Both the position numbers and the translations under genes were made by a program. The notes under the pieces are model-generated. The model saw only the letters and a list, made by a program, of their open reading frames with translations, had not been told where the DNA came from and did not search any database. Below, one piece after another: positions 31,222 through 45,101 of a stretch of DNA of 64,000 nt. Numbering within the stretch: the stretch's first letter is position 1; each line of letters starts with the position of its first letter. The DNA comes from Spizellomyces punctatus DAOM BR117 (taxonomy: Eukaryota). The stretch is taken from NCBI GenBank assembly GCA_000182565.2, contig KQ257452.1; one strand, 5' to 3'.

Positions 31222-31630
31222 AATTGTATTGAATATATTTTATATGTATAATACAACGGCACCGCTTCTTGAAGGATTCCTTGGTGCGCAGTATTGTTAT
31301 GCTCCTTACCTAGATATCTTTGTCATGTAAAGTCGATGAGGCCAAGGCCAAGTTCTTACGGTCACAACTTCATTCGAATCGACTAAAATGTGTAATTGGT
31401 TGTATTGGCTGCGAAATTTGGCGTTGTATCGTCCGTTTGGAGACGGCCAAACTGACCAGCTGTCGAGGACGACCTGGCTTCAATGCACCTGACAAACGAT
31501 TTCCCATCCTATAACCGTAGCTGTCGTATTCCTATCCCAGTTGTTCCACGGTCAACTTGCTTTGGTTCGAGAGTAGATCTTTCGACATACGTTGTCCCTG
31601 GGGTTGTGGGTTCTCGATTGTGACCGGAAA

Positions 31631-34600
31631 ATGACGGTACGGGACGAAGAGTCAAATTCCGCTATAGGCTCCAGTACCTGTAGCCGTTGCGGCCAGCCAA
31701 TTGACGGACAGTTTGTGAGGGCTATTGGAGGACATTTTCACTTGGACTGTTTTCGGTGTCAGGTAAGGGGCAACGGCTACACCATCTGGCCCGAAGGGAC
31801 CTTGGGCTCATTTCCACAATCGCTACCTGGTTCCTCCAGGACTGCCAACAAGTTGTTGCAGAAAAGTTCTTCCCCCACACAGGGCCGGATGGACTCACCC
31901 AAGTGTTCTGCGAGAAGGACTACTTCCGACGATTAGACTTGTTGTGCGCAAAGTGTGGAGGAGCGCTTCGCGGGGCTCACATCAATGCTCTAAACCGCAA
32001 ATATCATCTTGAGCATTTTACCTGCTCAGTTTGTCCTACGGTCTTCAGGCAGCACGACTCGTACTACGAGCAAGATGGCAATGTATATTGTCAGCTTCAT
32101 TATTCGCAATTGTTCGCAGCCAAATGTGGCGGTTGTCGGACGGCTGTCCTGCGAAGTTTTGTGGAAACCAATAAAGCTGAGTGGACAGAGAAGTGGCACC
32201 CGGAGTGCTATATGATATACAAGGTGGGTGGTATATTACGGTTATACCTAAAGTCACCACCTCATCTCAACATGGTGGATCAGCTGTGGAACGTGACGTT
32301 GGTAGCAAATAAGCCTAGTACGTCAACAACACCTGCATTGTCTAATGACAAAGAGGGTAAGCAGTATCGTCGAAAGATGATGGAGGAAATATCGTTCTAA
32401 CGATCATCTGTACAGGAACAGATATTGCGGCGCAACAAGCAATTGCCGAAAAGGCGGGGCGCATATTGCACGTACTTTCCGCGTTCGAGGAGTCGTCAGC
32501 AGAATGCATCTCAGACATGCTCATTCGGTTCTCGCATGAAGAGTTTCGAGAGGGAGTTTTCCAGGCTGCGACATTCGTTAGTCACATTGCCACCCTTTTC
32601 GCAGTCATTGACGACATAGAAATGCGGCTTCTTACCTTCCGCGATGCTACAGGGCTGCATCATGCGAAGGAGCCTAAGCAGCTGACCAAGAAAATTGTGC
32701 ATTTCTTCTCGTTATTGTCATACGTTCAAGATAATGCGGATACGCGGCAGGAAGCCACAAAAGAGATGATATCTCTGGTGACTAGCCTTGCGCACACCCT
32801 GAAGATTCTCATTCGTGCTGCATTGACTGGTGCCCTAAAGCTGGTATGTTCACCTCCTATCATCTTGCTGCACCGGCGCGGTTATTGACGCAGTTACATT
32901 CAGGAAAATGCGCACAACGAGAAGACGGCAGTGGTAACTTTCCTCGACCGCCTAGCAGCATGTGAATGGCAGGATGATGCACAAGGTAAAACTCTCAGCG
33001 AATGCGGTCCGGATGCAAACCCGGATCTGTGCGTGGCTTGCGGGGAACCAGTCGAAGAGGAATGTTTGAAATATGGGTACCGAAGATGGCATAGCCGATG
33101 TTTCCGGTGTGCTGCGTGCGATTTGAACCTGCGCCCCGTGTATGAGGAGGCAACTTACGATGCCGTCACGGGAAAGTTCTATTGTGCGAATCACGCATCA
33201 CCTTCATCAAGCAGGGGGATCGAGCGAGTGACCCAGTTGGAACAATACGTTTTTCTACTACGATGCGCTCTGAAGCGCTTATGTATGCTTCTCCATATTC
33301 AAAGTGGGTATAGCCTTCGTCAATGACTCTGATTTTGTCCACACCGACTAACTCTTCGAACACGAAGTTGATTCGGGCTCTCTACAAGGACCAAATTCCC
33401 CTATCAGCAGTTCGCCAGGTAAGCAACGGTGGCTTGTTTCTCCCGGGACAAGCTAGCTCTTGACTCAACCATGTGACCATATTCACGCGAAACCTCCCGA
33501 CCAGTAGGACCAGATGGGCGCAGCATAGGAGTTTCCATGCTGAACAACGGACAACCGCCTTTTGCGAACGTCAGTAATTCCTTACCTCCCTCAGCTGGCT
33601 CTAAAAGCTTATACTTGCCCCCTGCGGGAAGGCAATCCTCCCTGCGGAATTCCGGTACATCCAGCCTCCTGGATCTATCTGGTCTGGACCATTGGGCTGT
33701 TCGACAGCTTGCTGCCCAGGCTCTGTATCCATTGATGGGCGATCAGTTTACATTAGATGAATTGATGGATGTCGCCAGTGGTCGAAAGCAGTCAATGTGG
33801 GGACGGATGGTAGAGGCGATTCGAAAGCCATCAAAATCGAAAGGTTTGTTGTTATGTCAGGTCCTTTGTTGAATGGGTAATGATTTCTGAATCGCTTGCA
33901 TGTTTTAGAGGGAACATTTGGGGTGCCTTTAGAAGTACTCGTGGACAAGTACGGTGTGGCAACTGAATTAGGACCCCGACCGGGGCAGCTTCAAATTCCA
34001 ATGTTTCTTGATGCCTGTATACGAACATTGCATATGTTGGGTATGTCGATTGTCTTCGGGTGGTGCTTTCTGGACCGTCTGCTAACTGGTTCGTTAGATC
34101 TGGGAGTGGAAGGCATCTTTCGGAAGAATGGCAATATCAGACATTTGAAGACAATATCAGATGAATTAGACAAAGACCCGAGATCCATTAACCTGGCGGG
34201 AAACCATCCAGTGCAAATTGCAGCCTTGTTGAAAAAATTCTTTCGAGACATGCCCGAGCCGCTTCTTACCTTCAAACTTCACCGATTATTCGTCGCCACT
34301 CAGAGTAAGGCGATTCTTGCAATGGTTTACTGTTGCAGATTGACTTACCTTATTTATTTTTAAACAGAGCTTCCAGATCCTGGACGGCGAAAGCAAGCAC
34401 TGCATTACGTATGCTGCCTTCTTCCAAAGCCGAACCTCGACGTTCTGTCAGTACTGGTATTCTTTCTGAGGGAGGTATCAGAGCACCGAGAATTGAACGA
34501 AGACCATGGAAATAAGATGGGACTAGACAACCTGGCTACTGTGATGACGCCGAATATTTTGTATTCAAAGTCAAAGAATGCAGTCGATGATGAGTCACCG

Positions 34601-34971
34601 CTCGCCATTGAAGCCATTCGGATGATCCTGCAGTATCAGGATGAGCTGTGGCAGGTAGGTAGCATACAAGGCTAGCCGATCCTCGCGTTTCATGGTGTAA
34701 CGATTCATTTGTGGTTGCAGATGCCTCCTGATATCAGTGAGAGGATGAAAGCTGACAATGGATCCCAGCCAATCAATATCCCCACCAGACGAGATTCGGA
34801 ATTGGGCAAGAGAACCGAATCTGTAAGTCTTATTTGAATCGAATGCACATGGTGTCCCATTTTAAATCTGACAACGATATCCAGCTATCACACACTCGAA
34901 ATGTCGTAGTGACGCCATCCAATATTGGCCATGGAGACGTTGCGCATATCGAAGATGCTCACCGACGATGA
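31631..34971 (+). CDS. LIM-domain RhoGAP (Lrg1/Rga1-type)
   Basis: Several LIM fingers (CSRC...HLDCFRC; CAKC...HLEHFTC; CVAC...WHSRCFRC); TFGVPLE; EGIFRKNGN; LLKKFFRDMPEPLL; NKMGLDNLATVMTPNI. Confidence 0.92.
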
Positions 34972-35383
34972 TAGCTGCCGTTCGCTCAACTGGAAATCGA
35001 AACTCTCCCTCACCCCCACCTTTTACTTCATCAAACGTTCCACACGCGTACAATGCCACACCTCCTTCACCCTTTGAAATCTGTTGCTACTTACAGTCTG
35101 GTTTTCGACGAACTCTTTCAACGCGGGTTTCTTTTCTTCGTTAACGTTTTACCTATGAAACTCCAGAATACTGTATAGAGGCGGAACTGGACCGCCACTT
35201 CGTTTTTGTTGTCTTCCTTTTTTTTTCTTCGGAGAACTTGCATAAATGTTGCAAACAAAGATTGTTTTACTCTTAAATATTGTTCGCCTTACTCTGTCAG
35301 TTAGTCGACAGGAAAAGATGCACAAAGTCATTGAGTAAAGTGGCACCAGAGTCACCAAAAAAACCCATCCGACCAATCGTACT

Positions 35384-35455
35384 GGGGCCTACTGGGGTTC
35401 GAACCCAGGACCTCCCGCACCCAAAGCGGGAATCGTACCACTAGACCATAGGCCC
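35384..35455 (-). tRNA. tRNA-Pro(TGG)
   Basis: GGGCCTA/TAGGCCC acceptor stem; CCCGC-TTTGGGT-GCGGG anticodon arm; GTTCGAA T loop; T7 terminator at ~35357-35363. Confidence 0.97.
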
Positions 35456-36398
35456 CGATGAAATCTATTACTCCTGCGTTCTATTATATATTTTACAAAA
35501 TGGCAGAGTGCTTTTCGTTGCCTGGTTGTTTGAACCTTGATCTCTTCCTTCTGCGGAACGCTACTTTGACTTGCACCCCGGGCGAATCTCAACGCTATGT
35601 TATGAAGCATATGGTATTTACGAATATTCGCCTCCGGCCTTCTGGTAGCAATCAACGCGGATCTAAGTTTTGTGATTGAAAGATGTGCAGCCCAGAGCGT
35701 CTTCATTAATTTTAAACGCATACGGCAAATGTCACAAAGATATCGCATGGCTCGGAGTAACTGTTTGCCAATTGGTGCCTTCATTACTATCTACAGATTT
35801 CCCGATGTATTTCAATATTGCTGAAACAAAGAGACGCCTTCAAATCGTATGATCGTTCTGGGACAGTATACTTTTTAAGACCATGTGGATCCGAGGGTGT
35901 TCCCCTTTTTAATGATTCCAACTTAACTACTCGACCAAATCAAAGGGTATTCCCCGTTCCCCGTTCCGATATCATAAATTGTTGCATCCCTCATACATTC
36001 CGATTTCTACCATTATCAGCTTAACGTCCGTATATGGACACTTTAGAAAAGATTGTACTGGTGAAGGAGGACAAGATATAAGATGTTGACCATGGCGTCG
36101 AGGCAACGAAGACCAAATGCATGACGCTTCACCCTAATTGCATCTTCAAAATTAAGGCGCTACCTTGATATCATTACTGTGAGATTAGGTGACATTAGAG
36201 AGTGTTCCCGAACTATGGGCTCCTAACAAGTAGATCACATTTGTTGTGAACTGACCGTTTGGTCAAAGGTCCCGTGTTCGATCCTGCCTGCAAGCATCCA
36301 TTTTCTCCCAGGTGGCACAGCACTTTTACTCGCAGTGGAACAGTTTGAACTTTGGTGTTCGCCTTGAGAGATCCCAAGCGGTCGGCCGGGCGAAGACC

Positions 36399-39300
36399 AT
36401 GGACGAGACCTTCAGCATAGAGGAAACAAGTCCCGAGCCCCCAGATCTGCGGCATGACGTCTCAGGTGGTTCATTGCCAGAGCCGTCAGAAATGGACCCT
36501 CCGAGGAAGCGTCGGCGAAGAAAACACAAGCGGAAGCGAGTTGTCTTGGCCCCGGGAAATTTCCTTTCTGGATTCTTTTTTACTTGGGTGTTCCGACTAG
36601 TGCAGATGACACGAAGCATGGAAGATGCAGGAAACCTGTCTCTCCATTTGAGGTCGTCTGAGAGTGCGAAAGTGACCGGTGACGACCTAGAAAAGACCTG
36701 GAGAGCGGAACTTGGCCGACAAACTGGGTAAGTGTTTTCTCAAGGCTTGTAGTCAAGAGAGTGAGGAAATACTGTGGTACTAACACAGCCCCACCGCCCT
36801 ACGTGTTCTTTTAGGACGGCGTCACTTCTCCGGGCACTTCACCGAGCGTTCGGCCTTCGATACTATGCGCTAGCTCTTTGGAAATGTTCATGGGCTGCGT
36901 TTACGTGGCTTGGCGCCTATTGGTTGCTGAAGCAACTCGTGCTTTATTGTGAGACTTCGGGCCCTGTCTGGCGAGGACATCTGTATGCCGTGGGCCTGTT
37001 CATCAGTCATGGGTTGGGATCGCTGTGCTTCCATCAACTTACAATACAATGCACTCGTATTGGAATTCAGGTATGGAAATCTAGTTGAGGGGACTATTAC
37101 TCGTTTAGAGAATAACAAATATTCCGGCCGAGATAACAGTGTCGAGCGGCCCTCATGGTTCTGATATATCGAAAATCACTGCGATTAAGTTATGTAAGGG
37201 GCGGCGTCGGTGATATCGTGAACCTGATCTCGAACGAGTGCAACCGGGTAGCTGAAGCGGCGGTGAATTGGCATTTTGCGTGGTCTGCTGGTATTGAGTG
37301 TTGCGGTATGCATATTTGTCAAATTTCGGTCGCTGGGACACATGACCTAAATATAATGTCCTTTCGCTGATCTATCCTTTTCATGTTGATACAGTCATAA
37401 TTGCTCTCGCTGCGGTGGAGGTGGGCGTAGCAGTTCTTCCGGCGATGGTACTGGTACTATTTATGCTCCTCCCACTGCAATATATCCTTGCCAAGCGGGC
37501 CTCGACGATTTCATACAAAACCACTGCCCTGTTCACAAAACGGGTTCATCTAATGTCAGAAATATTCACGGTGATCAGGCTGATAAAATCATATGCGTGG
37601 GAGAGCTTCTACGAGGAAAAGATTACTGCTGCCCGAAAGAAGGAAATTGGACAAATGCGTAAAGCTCTCACAATGAAGATCGGAAATTTCATTGTGGTCT
37701 TCATCGCCCCTGTCGTTGCTGTTTTAGCATGCATGACAACGTATCATTTCATACATGGTGCTCGCTTTGAGGCCGCAACTGTCTTCACCATACTATCATT
37801 ATTCAATACGCTTCGATATCCTCTGTTGATGTTACCGTCAGCTGTTAGGACCATATCAGGTAAGCTGCGTAGCTTTTGCACAACAGGGGTGCCGTTAGTG
37901 ACCACTCTTGTAAAGGTGCCCAAAACTCTGTCCAGCGCTTGGAAGAGTTTTTCATGCTACCGGAGATAGACGCAGCGCCAAAATTGGAACCCCATCCGTC
38001 GGATGCGGATATCTGCATGGAAATTGTATGACAACAATCCGGTGTATGTTTGGCCAGTTTTATTGATGCATGGCTCTCATCCAGAAAGGCGCCGACTTCA
38101 TGTGGGACGGTGATATAGATCACCCACATATCGAAAAACTCGATTTGGTCCTCCGACGACGCCAACTGATCGCGGTGGTAGGGGACCTTGGATCGGGAAA
38201 GTCACTACTGGCCGCTATTATGGGGCAGATTAAGCGAACAGCTGGCTCTGTATCTACCTACGGGTTAGTCTTCACCATTTCGTGTCTGAAATTACGACTA
38301 GTGAATTAAGACCACCTGCTTGTTCTAATTGCAGCACGTGTGGCTACGTGCCGTTGGAACCATGGCTACTAGACAACGCTTCGCTCCGTGATAATGTATT
38401 GTTTGGTGTTGAGTCGGACGAGGGCCGTTATCATGAAGCCGTGCGCGTCGCCGGACTTATGCAAGACTTCATTTCGCTACCAAATGGTGACTGTTGACTC
38501 GTAGTTGCATCCCTGATTTGCTCTCCTGGAAGCTGAAACGGCTTGTTGTGTTATGCTCTGCTCTAGGCGATGAAGAGTTTGTGAGCGAGCTGGAGCTGAC
38601 CAGAAGTCAACGGCAGCGAATTTCTCTCGCCCGATGTTTGTATCATCAACCGGATATCGCGCTCTTGGAGGATTGTCTTACGTATGTCTTGAGATGTCTG
38701 TGATGGGTGAAGTTGTGTGCTGAATTTGTATTTAAAGTGATTTCGACACGAAGAACGCCAAAAGAATATTTACTGACTGTGTGAAGGGGCATATGCTCAG
38801 TAAGATGGCAGTGGTGATGGTAACGCAACAGAAACAGGTACATCGAATTACTTCTGTAAGGATTTATATGACGCGTCGTTCGAATTAAGCGTGTTTTTCC
38901 TCCCAAGTTCCTTTCTGAGTGCGACATGATATTGGTGATGAAATCTGGAACAGGTAGTCTATATCTTGATGTTTAATACAAGAGAATTAGATGCTGATAA
39001 TAGATTGAACAGTTGTCGAGCAGGGGACATTTGACGAACTGAAGGCGCGGAATGTGATTTTCAATGTGTGGGCGACCGATCTCATACAGCCGGATGATGA
39101 TACAATAGTCCTCTCCGACATAAGTAAGAGATATCCAGAGATTCTACCCATGCCTGATCGCGTAGCTCAATTGTAGTCGTATGATCATCGCTTGTACTGT
39201 AGAGCCCGCTGAAAGCTTGGGGCCACACATTCCCAAACCTAAGCGCCCCCCTCCCCGAAAACGAAGCCCTCTCGCAACCGCGGAAGTCATAACGGCGGAG

Positions 39301-42300
39301 CAAACAGAGAACACACGGCCACCTGTTGATGCCTCTGGGCCCGATCTAAGCTCCGTTGATCTGACTATTCGCCGCCTGAACCAACTACGTGGAATTGAGC
39401 CGATCACAGACCACACAATATCTCAAATTATTGAGCGAAATCAGTTGTCTGTATTGACTGGAACTCCCAGCCGGCCACCTGTCAACTTTGCAAATCAAGA
39501 TGTGGTGACGCGAACAATCGAGGCCAATCAACTCACAGTGCATGCGGTGCAAACTTATGATACTGTTGGCCCCACAGCAACTTCCGGGCTGATAGATCCA
39601 TCTCCTGAGTCGCAGCATCCACTGCGTCCATACGTGCAGTATCTTCAGGAAGCTGACGGAATCCTGGCAGGAGCAATTGTCGTCGGATCGTTCTTTGTAG
39701 TCGCCACCATTCGGGTCCTTAGCGGTAGGTTTCCTCATGAAGGACGTGATGCAGGTGAATTCAGCTGACGGTGCTCTACCGCAACGTGTACAGATGTTTG
39801 GGTGGCGTGGTTCGTGGAAGGCAAATACTCCTTGTCGGAGGGACTGTATATTGGGATATATGCTTTATTTTGCTCAGCCATCGCTGTGGGCGTTTTGGTG
39901 CGCGGGTACGCATTTTCTGCCGCTGTACTGAGCCGAAGCATATCACTACATAATCGGGTGCTCCAGGTGAGACGTTCATGGCACATGAGTGACTGAACGT
40001 GTGTCTGACTGGTTATTGCCACAAGGCCGTACTTCGTGCTCCTCTGTCATTTTATGAAGTGACACCATTAGGCCAAATTCTGTCACACTTCGCTCGCTAC
40101 CTCTATATGATCGATGATTTTCTTCCGGAGGCAGCCTTGCAGGCCCTTTCTTTCGGCCCCATCGTCTTCGGAACTGTAATCCTTGTGTCGGTGGTCACCC
40201 CATGGTTTTGGGCAACCCTACCAGTATATTTCTTCCTGGTGGCGTGTTTGATTCACTTTTGTGGTGACACGGAAGCCAAGTTCAAACGTCTAGAAGGTCT
40301 TATTCTCTGAGTACTGCATAGCCATGCCTTAACTGATTTTCTCATCTATAGCCAGCAACAAGTCACCAATGTTTGCGCACTTATCAAGCACGCTGGAAGG
40401 ACTTTTTAGCATTCGCCTGTATCACGCTGAGGATCGGTTTGATACCTTCAATAGAACATTAATAGATTCCGACCACAAAGCGCTGTACTCATTGATGCTA
40501 GGTAAGGCGGGCGGCTCTTTGTGCGATGAAAACTTTCATCGCGATCCTCAACCCTACACATTTTTAGTGAAGACCCTGCTGGCTCTTTACTTGGATTTAA
40601 TAGGTTAGTGTGGCTCCCCTGAAAGTAGTGATTGTTTTTGTTCGCTAAGATAACACTACTTCTGGTCATACTAGCGTCTCTATTTGTGTATATCTGTGCA
40701 CTTTTCGTAGTGCTCTTCGATGTTGGACCCTCTCAAGCAGGCTTGGCGGTGTCCAATGCCCTCCAGTTACTCCTCTTTCTGCAATGGTTCGTTCGAATTC
40801 TGGGCGAAGTACATGGAACGATGTCAAGCGTGTCGGCCGTTGTGAACTTTGCCGAATGTTGTCCATATGAGGTACGGCAAGACCCACCGTTCCCCGATGA
40901 CCCATTTACCCTAATATTTATCCTTTATCTAGAGGGATGCACGCGGAAATCATCCTCCGCCAGAATGGCCATTGCACGGAGAGGTATGGGTCGGCGAGAA
41001 GCATAGTGATACCGTTAGTCTAAAAGCTAATTACGACTGATACTCTTTCTAGATTGAATTCAAGAATGTGGTTCTGCGATATAACCGCTATGGAGTTGCG
41101 GTTCTCAAGAATGTGACATTCCGGATTGCACCTGGAGAAAAGATTGGTGTTGTCGGACGATCTGGTAAGAGTAGGAAGTACTGTTTTCAGCGAGGTTGGA
41201 AGTATTAAAACGCGCATCACATTGGAAAGGGTCTGGGAAGACGACCTTACTAGGTAAGCATGATCCGATGGTTAAAAATGGCATATCCTTTTGCGAACTA
41301 AACCCATTTTTACGCAGTGTCACTGTTGCGAATGGTCGAGCTGTCGGAGGGCGACATTCTCATTGATGGGATTGATATCAGCAAATTGCGCCTCGCTGAT
41401 TTAAGGAGTCGTATCGCCATCATCCCGCAGGAGCCAATTCTGTTGACTGGAACAATTCGATCAAACTTGGATCCCTTCAGGACCTGTCTTGATGAGGAGC
41501 TTTGGAAAGCTCTTCAGGCAGTTCACCTCGGGCAGAAGATTGAAGAAATGCCTGCTAAGTTGGAGACACCCATCACTGGTCAGTCGTGGAACCGTTATCG
41601 TCGACGTTTTATTGACGGCAATAACATCGTATGCTTATGACAGAAAACGGGAAGGCGTTTACTCTCACTGAGAGGCAACTATTTTGCATTGCGCGAGCAA
41701 TCATCAATAAATCAAAAGTGGTTGTCCTAGATGGTTTGTATGCCGCGGTGTTATTCTGTTACCTGCATTCCCGCTCACTCCGTCTTCGAAATCATTTTGC
41801 GATATTGCTACAGAACCTGTAATGTCTATGGGTCACGAGGCAGACAACCTTATCCATTCGGTTATTGCAACAAACTTTGAAAGTTGCACCGTTATCGTCC
41901 TCGCTAGCCGGTTCCGATTCATTGTTCAAATGGACCGAATCATGGTTATGTCCCGCGGGCGGGTGGTTGAGTTTGATACTCCCATCTCACTTCTGAACGA
42001 TCCAAAAAGCAAGTTCTCGCTGATGGTGTCGCAAACAGGGGAGATGGACCCTGTGAGATTGCGAAAGATTGCAATGGCGAAGGGAAAAATGCCGCCAAGC
42101 AAGGTACTGGTCGATATGGGCAATGACTCCGGCGAAGTTTCGCAGAGAGAACCTGTTCGTCCGTTTGCACCTGCTTTACGGTTCCGACCGCCGTCTCCCG
42201 ATACGAGTCAAGACATCGACAAGAATCGCATGCCAAAGAGCCTGAAGGACCTATTTAAGATGGCTGCTCAAGACGGGACAACCCATTCACGGATGGTACC

Positions 42301-42442
42301 AAGACCGCGAGGGCAAGGTGGAATCTTCCCAGAAAGGGGTACTAGTTCAGAGTCATTGGGCGAATCAGATTCGGGAAGATCTATGGATGGAACATCTTCA
42401 ACGGAGGCTCTTCTACCTGCGCAGCACGCACGGGACTTTTAG
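36399..42442 (+). CDS. ABCC/MRP-family full-length ABC protein (TMD-NBD)x2 with degenerate NBD motifs
   Basis: GDIVNLISNE; IRLIKSYAWE; Walker A GDLGSGKS; VLRAPLSFYEVTPLGQI; Walker A GRSGSGKTT; IIPQEPILLTGTIRSNLDPF. Confidence 0.93.
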
Positions 42443-42934
42443 AAAAGAAGAGGTCCCTACATCCACGCATACCGATGCTGACCGCAGGAGCTTCATGTTA
42501 CATAATTTCAATGCTGTATCATATTGTACGTACGGATAATACCCTAATACAAGACGGATGTATTTAGGCAAAAAAGCAAGGTCGGAAGGGGTAGTGTCGT
42601 GCCCAGGACGAGGGAGGGCGAGATGGCGTGAAAGGCAGAGGTTGTGGAAATGGAATTAAGTTCCATGCATTGGCGCAGAACAACTGCCAATATATACAAT
42701 TCTTCCTGATGCGTAATAGAATATCATTCACTCTGATTGTTAAAGTGACGGTGGTTGCTTTCGCCACACAAAGAGTTCTTGTCTTAGAAGAAGTGGTCAA
42801 TCGAGTAGGATAAGAGGGCACCTTTGGCATACTGAGGAACTGTATGTTCTTCAGAGGACTCGTTTTCATGTGTAATCGGTAATGTGATTAAAACTAAGAT
42901 AAGATCTCTATGTACAAGTTATTTGGCTGTAAGG

Positions 42935-44862
42935 TTATACGGCCGACCTGTTCTCTTGGACTATGCCTTGAATGGCGATAGTGTATTCCTCGGAAAGCTG
43001 CGTCATTCTTATGTCTAAAGTTGTAACGTACTGCGAGGAAAGTTAGGTGTACGGGTCCCAATTCAACGAGAAACTGAAGTGATTCTAACCTTGTTTTGAC
43101 TAATGGCATCTAATAGCATTTTTCCTGCTACATCATCCACTCCTTCAGTTGTCTGAGTTTCCTGCGTCCCATCACTTTTTCCAGCAGCCACTCGCCCCAA
43201 CTTGTTGCAGCTGAGGTCCAAAGCGACGAGGGCTTTCCCATTGTGTTTCAGTAAATCACATAAAGAGGTCACCGTCGTCCAGCCAAGACTATTGCTACTG
43301 AGTTCCAGATTTTGAAGATTGTCGTTTTCACGCAAGTCAGAACATAGGCTGGCTCCGCCTGCATCTGTCAAGTAATTCATATTCAAGGATAAATGTTTCA
43401 ATGTCTTGTTTTGTTTCAACGCCGATCCTATGCAGCGAGCTCCGTGACGCCCGATTTTGTTATCCGAGAGGTTGAGGTACTCTAGGGCGGTTGTTGATGT
43501 GCCGAGCACCTTAGCCAGTCCGCGGGCACCTGTATCCCCAATTCGGTTGTGCGACAAATCTTCAATAAAACAAAAAACGAAGACCATGTTAGTTCTCCTA
43601 GAGTGATGGTGGGGTACGCGGGATGCGTCTTACCAAGTCGATGCAAGGTGCTATTTTGCAGTAGGGCGGAACATAGCAATCGGCATCGATCATCGTCTAT
43701 TCTGCTTGCTTGAATGGTCAAACTCGAGAGATGGGAAGCCTTGACTGCATTGGCAAGCGATATACAATCGTTCAACGTCATCCCAAAGTATTGCCAATCA
43801 AAATCGATCCCACAGTCTCGTACCCTATGGTGAATGTATCAAGATGCCTGCTTGTCAAGTCAACACATGAGGGTACCCTTACCCATAATACAGATTGAGT
43901 TCTGACACTTTGCTTAGCTTTGTTAAAATCAAGCCAATGTCTAAATGATCTGGAGACGATCCTGGCTTGGTAAACTCTTTGTCATTTTCGTCCATTGCGG
44001 ATTTTTCTGAACCCGGAACATGGCCTGATCGTTGTGTCCCGAAACGTCGAGCATCTACTCCTTTTTGATCCAGATTCATCTTGTTCTGGTAACCCACAGG
44101 TAATAGCTGCGTGATACGTATAGTTTCTACGTAGGACGCTGCCAAATCCAAGTCTGCTAAGAATGCGTCCAAATGTTCCCCATCTGGTATGTACGCCTCA
44201 ATTATTCGACGCATGTGCAATTCGAAGAACAGTCGTTTCCACACTCCCCCATGCGCGGATGGATCACATAGTTTAAACGTTGCAATCGCTTTTCTTTTCC
44301 AATATGTGTCATCAGGAATTAAGGGCGCTGTTATTACTAGGGGAAGGTCAACGGAAATAGAGGATAGCAATCGCTCTCGGTATTTAGCTGGGATGCCTGT
44401 CAAGACGGGCCGCTCTGTAACAAGCATGCTTATCCATGAGACTAAAAATTTTGAAGAAATTCATTCATACGTCATTAACGTACTTTCGAAATTCGCCACG
44501 ATGGACCGAATACATAATTCGCTCAAGTTCTCCACCGCAGCAAGGTTCCACTCTGGATCTTCGGCGATAACTCTTCGTTGACCACCTTTATCGGGTCCTC
44601 CATCGTAGGGCACGCTAATACCCCCAAGGGGCTCGTTGACTCCTTGGGACGTATCGAAGAGACCTGATGGAGGGGCAACGCTCTTCGTCTCTGCGGTGGC
44701 CACGGCAGGATTGCTATTCACCCGCTTCGGCAATTCCGACTGAGGGACCACACCGCTAGCCTGCTGCAGGTGAGATTGGTAAGTTTAAAAGATTAAAAGA
44801 CTTCATAATCTCAAAAAAACAAGTACCTCGGCATCAGGGGATGACGCAGGAACTTCGTCCAT
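42935..44862 (-). CDS. TCTE1: Dynein regulatory complex subunit 5 (TCTE1/DRC5), LRR protein
   Basis: RRVIAEDPEWNLA..LSELCIRSIVANF; DLPL..APLIPDDTYWKR; HGGVWKRLFFE; RI-type LRRs (LSHNRIGDTGARGLA). Confidence 0.9.
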
Positions 44863-45101
44863 CTTATGCCTATGCTATGAACTTCTTTTGGCCTTGCTCT
44901 CCACAACGGGTGCTCCGTCCGCTTACTCAATCCTTCAAGGTCACGTGAATCAAGTCTCAAGCGACTGGCAAATCGAGCGATACAAACGTTTTCCACCCTA
45001 CCAAGTCATGGGCGCTTCATGCCTCAAGCAGCGCTGACGAATCCGACTGACAGCGTCCATGGGTGAGTTGTAATTCTTTGTGGATGTTACAGACTTGTAG
45101 A

